DNA of 64,000 bases from an uncultured delta proteobacterium (GTDB lineage Bacteria; Myxococcota; Myxococcia; Myxococcales; Anaeromyxobacteraceae), in contig CAWHDZ010000017.1 in NCBI GenBank assembly GCA_963828255.1, positions 64,001-128,000 on the forward strand, in the 5' to 3' direction. Position numbers and translations under genes: made by a program. The notes under the pieces were generated by a model that had not been told where the DNA came from, ran no database searches, and was given only the letters and a program-made list of their open reading frames with translations. Below, piece after piece: positions 41,046 through 49,149 of the stretch (positions are counted from its first letter, which is position 1; the number at the start of each line of letters is the position of its first letter).

Positions 41046-42737
41046 TCAGTCCCCTGCCGCTTCGACGGTCCGGACGCGGGCCGCGGCGATCCTTCGGAGC
41101 TGGGAGTTGCCGTCGGCCACGGTCAGGTCCAGGTACTCCCGGTAGAAGCCGGCCGCCTCCTTGCGGCGACCCGTTCGCCAGAGCGCCTCGGCCAGGTTGA
41201 ACATCGTCGCGGTCTCCCCCGGCTTCAAGCGGAGCGCCTCCCGGAGCTCGGGCTCCGCCTCGGCGGGCCTGCCCGTGAGGATGAGGAGGCCGCCCAGCTG
41301 GGTCCGTGCGTGCGCCCAGGCGGGGTCGAGCTTCACCGCCCGCCGCATCGGCTCCACCGCCTCCTGGTCGCGACCGAGCTCGGCCAGCGCCGTCCCCAGG
41401 TTGAACCAGGGGCGGGCCTTCCCCGGCGACTTCCCGACGGAATCGGTCCACAGGGCCAGGTCGCTCCTCCAGACCCGGTTCCTCGCCAGGGTGGCCCCGG
41501 CGAGCAGCAGGGCGACCGCCGCGGTCGCGCCGATCACCCACGGGGCGAACCGGTCGGGCTTCCAGCGCCGCAGGAGCAGGGTTCCGGCGGCGGCCACCGC
41601 GACGAAGAACCCCACCGAGGGGAGGTAGACGCGGTGCTCGAAGATGACGTCCACGATGGGGATGACGCTCGACTCGACGCCGTGCGCGAGGAAGAAGAGG
41701 AGGATGCCCACCGAGACGAGCCGCCAGGCTGGGTCCACCGGCCGGGGCGCCCGGGGGGAGGAGCGGCGCCAGGCGACGACGGCGACCGCCAGGAGCGAGG
41801 CGTGGACCAGGAGCCCCCAGGCCACCCGCGGCGAGAGGAAGGACCGGAGGACGGGGTAGTCGTGGTCGATGTTCTGGCCTGCCGGCCACAGGAGCAGCCG
41901 CAGGTAGGTGGAGAGCACCGCGACCTGGGTGCGCAGGTAGTCGAGGCGGCTGCCGGTGTCCTGCACCCGCGTGACCGTGCTGGCGTCCGAGAGCACCTGG
42001 CCCATCGGCTGGTCGAGGCGCAGGAGGGTGAGCGGGATGACCAGGGCGACCGCGCCGAACGGTGCGAGCCCGAGCCACTGCCGGGGCGCCGGGCGCCCGA
42101 AGAACGCCCACTCGACGAGCAGGAGCGCGAAGGGGAGGGTGAAGGCGATCTCCTTCGTGCGCATGGCGAGCAGGGCCGAGAGCAGGGAGAGCGCGTACCG
42201 CCATCGCCGCCGGCCGCCGGCCGGCGCCAGCCGGGAGGAGAGGTAGAGCAGGACCGCCGACAGGTAGAAGAGCGCGGCGAGCGAGGTGATCCGCTGGACG
42301 ACGTAGGCGACCGCCTGCGTCTGGATCGGATGGGTGACGAAGAGCGCGGCCGCCGCGAAGGCGACCACCGGTGCGCGCCCGGAGAGGAGCGACTCCTCGA
42401 GGCGAGGGGTCCGGAAGGCGAGGAGCACGAGCCCGAAGACGAGCAGGGCGTTCACGAGGTGCACGGCCAGGTTCACCAGGTGGAAGCCGGTGACCGCGAG
42501 CCCGCCGAACCGGTGGTTCAGCGCGAAGCTGAGGTAGGCGACGAACCGGTTGGGCGGGGCCAGGTGGCCCGGGGAGCCGAGCAGGTACTCGCCCAGGTCG
42601 CGGATGGCCGGGTTGTCCTGGATCTGCCGCACGTCGTCGAAGACGAAGGCGCCCTGCAACGAGTTCGCGTAGGCGAGCAGCCCGAGAAGGGCGACCGCGC
42701 CGGCGAGGAGCAGGGTGTCACGACGGGTGCGTTCCAT
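41046..42737 (-). CDS. TMTC-like GT-C membrane glycosyltransferase with C-terminal TPRs
   Basis: YANSL.GAFVFDD...I.DNP, FHLVNLAVH, HPIQTQAVAYVVQR, TKE, YLRLLLWP, EHRVYLPS, RNRVW....LW, then about 3-4 TPRs. Confidence 0.8.
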   Translation of the reverse strand: MERTRRDTLLLAGAVALLGLLAYANSLQGAFVFDDVRQIQDNPAIRDLGEYLLGSPGHLAPPNRFVAYLSFALNHRFGGLAVTGFHLVNLAVHLVNALLVFGLVLLAFRTPRLEESLLSGRAPVVAFAAAALFVTHPIQTQAVAYVVQRITSLAALFYLSAVLLYLSSRLAPAGGRRRWRYALSLLSALLAMRTKEIAFTLPFALLLVEWAFFGRPAPRQWLGLAPFGAVALVIPLTLLRLDQPMGQVLSDASTVTRVQDTGSRLDYLRTQVAVLSTYLRLLLWPAGQNIDHDYPVLRSFLSPRVAWGLLVHASLLAVAVVAWRRSSPRAPRPVDPAWRLVSVGILLFFLAHGVESSVIPIVDVIFEHRVYLPSVGFFVAVAAAGTLLLRRWKPDRFAPWVIGATAAVALLLAGATLARNRVWRSDLALWTDSVGKSPGKARPWFNLGTALAELGRDQEAVEPMRRAVKLDPAWAHARTQLGGLLILTGRPAEAEPELREALRLKPGETATMFNLAEALWRTGRRKEAAGFYREYLDLTVADGNSQLRRIAAARVRTVEAAGD

Positions 42738-42790
42738 CTCCGCCGGAGCTTAGTGGATGGCGCGGACCTTGGGGAGTAGTGTGTTCCACC

Positions 42791-43689
42791 ATGTCGGGCA
42801 TCGAGAGCGCGGCGCAGGGGCTAGGCCACGCCGTCGCGTTCCTCTTCGGGGCGATCGTCGGCAGCTTCCTCAACGTCGTCGTGGCCCGTGTCCCGGCCGG
42901 CGAGTCGATCGTCCACCCCCGCTCGCGCTGCCCCGCCTGCCGCACCCCCATCGCCTGGTACGACAACGTCCCGGTCCTCTCCTGGCTCCTGCTCCGGGGG
43001 CGGTGCCGGATCTGCCGGCTCGCCATCTCCTTCCGCTACCCGCTGGTGGAACTCCTCGGGGGCGCGGCCGCACTGGTGGCGGTCTCCCGGCACGGGCTCT
43101 CGCTCGCCGCGCTGGCCGAGTTCGGGTTCGCGGCCACGCTCCTCGCGCTCTCCTTCATCGATCTCGACACCTGGCTGCTCCCCCACGTCATGACCGTGCC
43201 GCTGCTCCTCGCCGGGGTCGGGCTCTCGGCCCTGGGGCTCACGGCGGCGCCCACGTTCCTCTCGTCGCTCGGCGGCGCGGCGGCAGGCTGGCTCTCCTTC
43301 GCCGCCGTGTCCCTCGTGGGCGAGAAGGTCCTCAAGAAGGAGGCGCTCGGATTCGGCGACGTGTGGCTGCTGGGGGGGATCGGCGCCTGGGTCGGCCTGG
43401 GCGGCCTCCTCCCGGTGGTGCTGCTCGCCTCCGTGCAGGGCACGGTGATCGGGCTCGCACTCATCGTGATGGGACGTGGGCAGCCAGGACCGGGCCCGCT
43501 CCCGACCCGTCGGCCACGGAGCCGGTGGTCGCTCCGGCGCCCGAGGCCCCCCCGGACCCCGACGCCGACTGGGTCCCTCCCCGGAACGCCGTCCCCTTCG
43601 GCCCGTTCCTCGCGGCCGGCGCGCTGGAATGGCTCTGGCTCCAGGGCTGGCTCGCGCAGGCGGTGCCGGCGATGTCCATCTTCCGGTGA
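42791..43689 (+). CDS. pilD: Prepilin peptidase/N-methyltransferase; frameshift near 43493
   Basis: GSFLNVV, SRCPAC, NVPVLSWLLLRGRCRIC, RYPLVE, FID, GFGD; PFGPFL lies in the next frame. Confidence 0.92.
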
Positions 43690-43692
43690 ACC

Positions 43693-44793
43693 ATGGCGAG
43701 CCGGGGAACCCGCACGCTGCTCGTGGTCTCGGTCGCCTCCGCGGTGGGGGCGGGAACGGTGCTCTTCGCCGCCTCCGCCATGGCCCTCGGGGTATCCGGC
43801 CGCGCCAGGCCCTTCGAGCTGGCCCTGGTGGGCGCCGTCCTGGCGGCCTTCGTCGTCTGGGCGGCCGCGTCCATGCTGGTGCGGCGGGTGGCCCGGCCGG
43901 TGGAGCGGATCCTCGAGGCCGCACGCGCGCTCCAGGACGCCGCGCCGTCCGACCTGCCCGTGCTCGGCGACAGCGGGATCGGTCTCGATCTGGCGGCGCT
44001 CGCCTTCGAGCGGACCGCCAGGGCGCTCTCGGAGGAGCGGGCCCGGCTGGCCGCCAAGGTGGCCGAGCTCACCGCGGCGAACGCCGCGCTGGCCGAGGCG
44101 CGCGCCTCGCTGGTCCGGTCGGAGAAGCTGGCCACCGTGGGACGGCTCGCCGCCGGGGTGGCGCACGAGGTCGGGAATCCGCTCGGGGCGGTCTCCGGCT
44201 ACGCCGAGCTGGCTCGCGGGTTCCTGCAGCCCGACGCGGACCCGAGGCTTCGCGACGCCCTCGAGCGGATCGCCGCAGCCTCGGACCGGATCGACCGGAT
44301 CGTCCGGGACCTGCTCGACTTCGCCAGGCCCACGCCGCTCGAGGTGCGCCCCATGGGTCTCCGGAGCGCCGTCGAGGCTGCGCTCCGGCTCGCCGCGGTG
44401 CAGAGCCGGTTCAAGGGGGTCGAGGTGGTCATCGCCCTGCCCGCCGAGCTTCCGCCGGTGTTCGCCGACGAGCGACACCTGTCCCAGGTGATCCTGAACC
44501 TCCTCCTCAACGCGGGTGACGCCATGCCGGGCGGGGGAACGGTGACGGTCGCCGCGGGACGGCGGGGCGACCAGGTGGCGCTGGTCGTCTCCGACACCGG
44601 TCCGGGGATCTCCGCCGAGGACCTCCCCCGCATCTTCGACCCGTTCTTCACCACCAAGGAGCCGGGGCAGGGGAGCGGCCTCGGGCTCGCCATCTGCCAC
44701 TCCATCGTCGAGTCGATGGGAGGGTCCATCGACGCGGCGAGCCCGGCCGGCGGGGGAGCCTCGTTCGTCGTTCGGCTCCGGGCCGCGTGCTAG
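43693..44793 (+). CDS. pilS2: Sensor histidine kinase, PilS2-like
   Basis: 2 TM, HAMP-like segment, VAHEVGNP, NLLLNA, PFFTTK, GSGLGL; located between pilD and pilM. Confidence 0.82.
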   Translation: MASRGTRTLLVVSVASAVGAGTVLFAASAMALGVSGRARPFELALVGAVLAAFVVWAAASMLVRRVARPVERILEAARALQDAAPSDLPVLGDSGIGLDLAALAFERTARALSEERARLAAKVAELTAANAALAEARASLVRSEKLATVGRLAAGVAHEVGNPLGAVSGYAELARGFLQPDADPRLRDALERIAAASDRIDRIVRDLLDFARPTPLEVRPMGLRSAVEAALRLAAVQSRFKGVEVVIALPAELPPVFADERHLSQVILNLLLNAGDAMPGGGTVTVAAGRRGDQVALVVSDTGPGISAEDLPRIFDPFFTTKEPGQGSGLGLAICHSIVESMGGSIDAASPAGGGASFVVRLRAAC

Positions 44794-44802
44794 GGTCGCG
44801 CC

Positions 44803-46179
44803 GTGGCCTTCCAGAACGTCCTCGTGGTCGACGACGAAGAGTCGATGCGCCACCTGCTCACCGTGATCCTCGCCGATCGCGGGTACGACGTGCGGGCGGT
44901 CTCGAACGGCGAGGACGCCCTGCGCGAGCTGGCGAGCCGCGACTACGACCTGGTCCTCTCCGACGTCCGCATGCCGCGCATGGACGGCCTCTCGCTGGTC
45001 CGCAGGGCGCTCGAGCTCCACCCCGGCATCACCTTCATCGTGATGAGCGCCTACGGCACCCACGACACCGCCATCGAGGCCATGAAGGCCGGGGCCTACG
45101 ACTACGTGTCGAAGCCCTTCAAGCCCGACGAGGTCCTGCTGGTGCTCCGCAAGGCGGAGGAGCGGCTGCGGCTCTCCCGCGAGAACCGGCGGTTGCGGTC
45201 CGAGCTCCAGGGCGGCTTCGGGCTGGAGAACTTCGTGGGGTCGTCACCGTCCGTGCAGGAGGTCCTCCGCCAGCTCCGCAAGGTGGCGCCCACCCGGGCC
45301 ACCGTGCTCGTCACCGGCGAGTCCGGGACCGGCAAGGAGCTCGTGGCCCGCGCCATCCACGAGCTGTCGCCCCGCTCCGCCATGCCCTTCGTGGCGGTGA
45401 ACTGCGGCGCCATCCCCGCCGAGCTCATCGAGTCGGAGCTGTTCGGCCACGTTCGCGGCGCCTTCACCGACGCCTCGCGCGACAAGAAGGGGCTGGCCGC
45501 AGAGGCCGACGGCGGGACCCTCTTCCTGGACGAGATCGGCGAGATGCCGCTGCACCTCCAGGTGAAGCTCCTGCGCTTCCTCCAGGAGGAGCAGGTGCGC
45601 CGGGTGGGAGACACGCGCTCCGAGAAGGTGGACGTGCGGGTGGTGGCTGCCACCGCGCGGGACCTCGCACGGGCCACCAGGGAAGGTCTCTTCCGGGAGG
45701 ACCTCTTCTACCGGCTCAACGTGGTGAACCTGCGCCTCCCGTCCCTCCGGGAGCGCCCCGACGACGTGCCCGCGCTCGTCGAGCACTTCCTCGCCAAGCA
45801 CCGCCGCCTCCGCCCGGAGGCACCCCTCCGGGGCGTATCCCCGGAGGCGCTCGAGCTCCTCCGGTCCCACCGGTGGCCCGGCAACGTCCGGGAGCTGGAG
45901 CACGCCGTCGAGCGGGCGGTGGTCCTCGCCGACGGGCCGCTCCTCGGGGAATCGGACCTTCCGGACGACGTCCGCGAAGGTCCGAAGCCCGCCACTCCCG
46001 CGCCCCGGCCCGGCGCTGACCTGTCGGTGAAACGGGCCTTCCGGATCCTCGAGGAGCAACTCATCCGGGCCGCCCTGGAGCGAACGGGAGGAAACCGGAC
46101 GCGTGCGGCCGAGCTCCTCGACCTCTCCTACCGGGCCCTTCTCTACAAGGTCAAGGAGTACGGGATCGACCAGCCGTGA
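44803..46179 (+). CDS. pilR2: Sigma54-dependent response regulator, PilR2-like
   Basis: Receiver domain, GESGTGKE, GAFTDA variant of GAFTGA, FREDLFYRL, HTH. Confidence 0.85.
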   Translation: MAFQNVLVVDDEESMRHLLTVILADRGYDVRAVSNGEDALRELASRDYDLVLSDVRMPRMDGLSLVRRALELHPGITFIVMSAYGTHDTAIEAMKAGAYDYVSKPFKPDEVLLVLRKAEERLRLSRENRRLRSELQGGFGLENFVGSSPSVQEVLRQLRKVAPTRATVLVTGESGTGKELVARAIHELSPRSAMPFVAVNCGAIPAELIESELFGHVRGAFTDASRDKKGLAAEADGGTLFLDEIGEMPLHLQVKLLRFLQEEQVRRVGDTRSEKVDVRVVAATARDLARATREGLFREDLFYRLNVVNLRLPSLRERPDDVPALVEHFLAKHRRLRPEAPLRGVSPEALELLRSHRWPGNVRELEHAVERAVVLADGPLLGESDLPDDVREGPKPATPAPRPGADLSVKRAFRILEEQLIRAALERTGGNRTRAAELLDLSYRALLYKVKEYGIDQP

Positions 46180-46349
46180 TACGCCGCGTTCCGCACCGTG
46201 CGCCACGGATGTGGTTCACGAACCGACATCGTCGCCGTGCAGGTTTCTTGATCTGGAAGTGAAGACCGGCGTACCGTGCCCCAACGATGACCTTCCGTGG
46301 CTCATCCAACTTGTCGGGCGGTCCCGTGAAGAGGTCCTAGGGGGAATCG

Positions 46350-47408
46350 ATGGCGAAGAACAAGCTGGCCCTCGGCCTCGACATCGGCTCCTCGAGCGTG
46401 AAGCTCGTGCACCTCAAGGAGGGGAAGCGCGGCCACACGCTCCTCGCCTGGGGCGAGGCGCCGCTGCCGCCCGAGTCCGTCGTCGACAACCAGCTCATGA
46501 ACTCCTCGGCCATCGTCGAGGCGATCCGGCAGCTGGTGGCCCAGCAGCGGGTCAAGGTGAAGGACGTGGCCATCGGCGTCCGCGGCCACTCGGTCATCAT
46601 CAAGCGCATCTCCATGCCGGTGATGTCCCAGGAGGACCTCGACGAGTCCATCCAGTGGGAGGCGGAGCAGTACATCCCCTTCGACGTGAAGGACGTGCAC
46701 ATCGACACGCAGATCCTGACGCCCAAGGGCGATGCCGCCGGGCAGATGGACGTGCTGCTGGTGGCCGCCAAGAAGGACATGATCAACGACTTCACCGCGG
46801 TCTGCGCCGAGGCCGGCCTGACCGCCACGGTCGTGGACGTGGACGCCTTCGCGGTCCAGAACGCCTTCGAGGCCAACTACCCGCAGGCTCCCGGGCAGCC
46901 GGTGGTCCTCATCAACGTGGGCGCCGCGGTCACCAACATCAACATCGTCAGCGGTGGGCTGGCCATCTTCACCCGCGACATCACCGTGGGTGGAAACGCC
47001 TTCACCGAGGAGATCCAGAAGCAGCTCAACATCTCGGCCGAGGAGGCCGAGGCCCTCAAGGTGGGCGGCCACGGGGAGACCGACGCGGTGGTCCCGCAGG
47101 AGGTCGAGCGGGTCATCCAGGGGGTCGCCGACCAGATGGGCGGCGAGATCCAGCGCTCCCTCGACTTCCATGCCGCCACCGCGCCCGACGTCCACCCGAC
47201 CCGTGTCTACCTGTCGGGCGGGACCGCGCGGATCCCGGCGCTCTTCAAGGTCATCGAGCAGCGGGCCGGGGTGCCCGTGGAGGTCCTGAACCCCTTCAAG
47301 AACATCGAGGTCGACAACCGCAAGTTCGACCCGGCCGTGATCATGAACGCAGCGCCCGCTGCGGCTGTGGCGGTCGGCCTCGCGCTCCGCCGCCCCGGAG
47401 ACAAGTAG
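46350..47408 (+). CDS. pilM: Type IV pilus assembly protein PilM
   Basis: GLDIGSSSVK, WEAEQYIPF, VLLVAAKK, LSGG, NPF, AVGLALR. Confidence 0.96.
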   Translation: MAKNKLALGLDIGSSSVKLVHLKEGKRGHTLLAWGEAPLPPESVVDNQLMNSSAIVEAIRQLVAQQRVKVKDVAIGVRGHSVIIKRISMPVMSQEDLDESIQWEAEQYIPFDVKDVHIDTQILTPKGDAAGQMDVLLVAAKKDMINDFTAVCAEAGLTATVVDVDAFAVQNAFEANYPQAPGQPVVLINVGAAVTNINIVSGGLAIFTRDITVGGNAFTEEIQKQLNISAEEAEALKVGGHGETDAVVPQEVERVIQGVADQMGGEIQRSLDFHAATAPDVHPTRVYLSGGTARIPALFKVIEQRAGVPVEVLNPFKNIEVDNRKFDPAVIMNAAPAAAVAVGLALRRPGDK

Positions 47409-47410
47409 CC

Positions 47411-47989
47411 ATGATCCGCATCAATCTACTTCCCGTCCGGGTATCGAAGAAGAAGGTCGCCGGGAGGCAGCAGATCCTCCTCCTGGGCCTCATCGTCATC
47501 CTGGCCATCGTCGCCAACTGGGTGTGGGCCTCCTCCCGCGCCGGCGACCTGGCCTCGCGGGAGTCCAAGCTGCGCCGCACCAGGGACGAGATCACCCAGC
47601 TCGACCGGATCATCGGCGAGGTGAAGGACATCAAGGCCCAGCAGGCGGCGCTCAAGGAGAAGCTCGACACGCTCGAGAGGCTCAAGGCGGGCCGCGCCGG
47701 GCCGGTGAAGCTCCTCGACACCCTGGCCCAGATCCTGCCGCCCCGCCTGGAGATCCGGAAGATGGACGAGAAGGGCGGAGCCGTCACCTTCGACGGGTCG
47801 GGGGCCACCATCGACGACGTCTCGGCCTTCATGACCGCGCTCAAGCAGACCCCGTACTTCTCCAAGGTCGAGCTGAAGAAGACCACCGCGGTGACCCGAG
47901 CTGGTTTGCGCATCGTGGACTTCACCGTCACCGCGCAGGCCAACTACACGCCCGGCCCGGTCGCGCCGGCCGCTCCGGCGAGGAGGTAA
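47411..47989 (+). CDS. pilN: Type IV pilus assembly protein PilN
   Basis: MIRINLLP motif, TM, coiled coil. Confidence 0.95.
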   Translation: MIRINLLPVRVSKKKVAGRQQILLLGLIVILAIVANWVWASSRAGDLASRESKLRRTRDEITQLDRIIGEVKDIKAQQAALKEKLDTLERLKAGRAGPVKLLDTLAQILPPRLEIRKMDEKGGAVTFDGSGATIDDVSAFMTALKQTPYFSKVELKKTTAVTRAGLRIVDFTVTAQANYTPGPVAPAAPARR

Positions 47990-47994
47990 CGGCC

Positions 47995-48630
47995 ATGGAC
48001 CGGATCCTCGACGCCATCGCCAAGGCGCCCATGGCCGCGAAGGCCGGCGTGATCGCCGCCATCGTGGTGCTGCTCACCGCCCTCAACTACTTCGTCGTCG
48101 CCATCCCGACCTTCGGCAGCTCGATCTCCGAGGTCGAGCAGAAGATCGTGCGGACCGAGGCCGAGCAGCGGCGGCTCGACAACGACCTGATCGAGAAGAC
48201 CGCCATCGCCAACAACCTGAACCAGTTCCGGCGCGAGAAGGAGCTCCTCGAGCAGCGCCTGCAGGAGGCGCTGACCGAGCTCCCCGAGGAGAAGAAGATC
48301 GACGAGCTCCTCCAGCTCTTCCAGGAGCGGGCCCGCAAGGCAGGCCTGGAGATCGCCACCATCGAGCCCATGCCCGAGGTGAACGAGAAGTTCTACGCCC
48401 GGGTCCCCATCAACATGGCCGTCACCGGGAACTTCCACGAGCTGGTCACCTTCTTCGACTCGCTGGCCCGCCTGCGCCGCATCGTCAACGTGAACAACAT
48501 CCTGCTCGACTCCCCCAAGGACACCCGCGGCAAGGTGATCCTCAACGGGAAGTTCCTGGTCACGACCTTCATGTTCGTCCAGCCCAAGGTCGAGCCGCCC
48601 AAGGCCGGCGCGGCCGGGGGGAAGAAATGA
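47995..48630 (+). CDS. pilO: Type IV pilus assembly protein PilO
   Basis: TM, coiled coil, LPEEKKI, FYARVPI...TGNFH, RIVNV. Confidence 0.93.
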   Translation: MDRILDAIAKAPMAAKAGVIAAIVVLLTALNYFVVAIPTFGSSISEVEQKIVRTEAEQRRLDNDLIEKTAIANNLNQFRREKELLEQRLQEALTELPEEKKIDELLQLFQERARKAGLEIATIEPMPEVNEKFYARVPINMAVTGNFHELVTFFDSLARLRRIVNVNNILLDSPKDTRGKVILNGKFLVTTFMFVQPKVEPPKAGAAGGKK

Positions 48631-49145
48631 GCCGCCCCCTCCGAAACGTCGTCGTCGCGGTGGCGCTGCTCGCCGCTGCCTGCGGCGAGAAGAAGCCCAC
48701 CGCCCCCAGGGCCGCCCCTGCAGCGGCCGCCAAGGCCGTGGCCGCCCCGGCCACCCCGGCCCCCGCCCCCGAGGCCGAGGTCGCCTACTCCTCGGTGGGG
48801 AAGCGCGATCCATTCAAGAGCTTCCTGGGCGATCTGGGCGCCAGCATCGGCGCCGTGACCACCCGTTGCAGCACCCCGCTCGGCCGGTTCGAGCTCGACC
48901 AGCTGCGCCTGGTCGCCGTCATCACGGGCCTCGCCGACCCGCTGGCCATGGTCGAGGCCCCCACCGGCGTCGGGTACTCCGTCCGCAAGGGCGCGTGCAT
49001 CGGCAAGAACGGCGGCGTCGTGGCGACCATCCGGACCGGGGAGGTCGTGGTGACGGAGTGGGCGATGCGCGCCGACGGGACGCGGGAGAAGACCGAGACC
49101 GCCCTCCGGCTTCCGAAGGACAAGTCGCTGAACCTCGAGGAGTAG
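48627..49145 (+). CDS. pilP: Type IV pilus lipoprotein PilP
   Basis: Lipobox AAAC, KRDPF, PL..FELDQLRLVA, IGKNGG. Confidence 0.93.
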   Translation: MSRPLRNVVVAVALLAAACGEKKPTAPRAAPAAAAKAVAAPATPAPAPEAEVAYSSVGKRDPFKSFLGDLGASIGAVTTRCSTPLGRFELDQLRLVAVITGLADPLAMVEAPTGVGYSVRKGACIGKNGGVVATIRTGEVVVTEWAMRADGTREKTETALRLPKDKSLNLEE

Positions 49146-49149
49146 CGCG

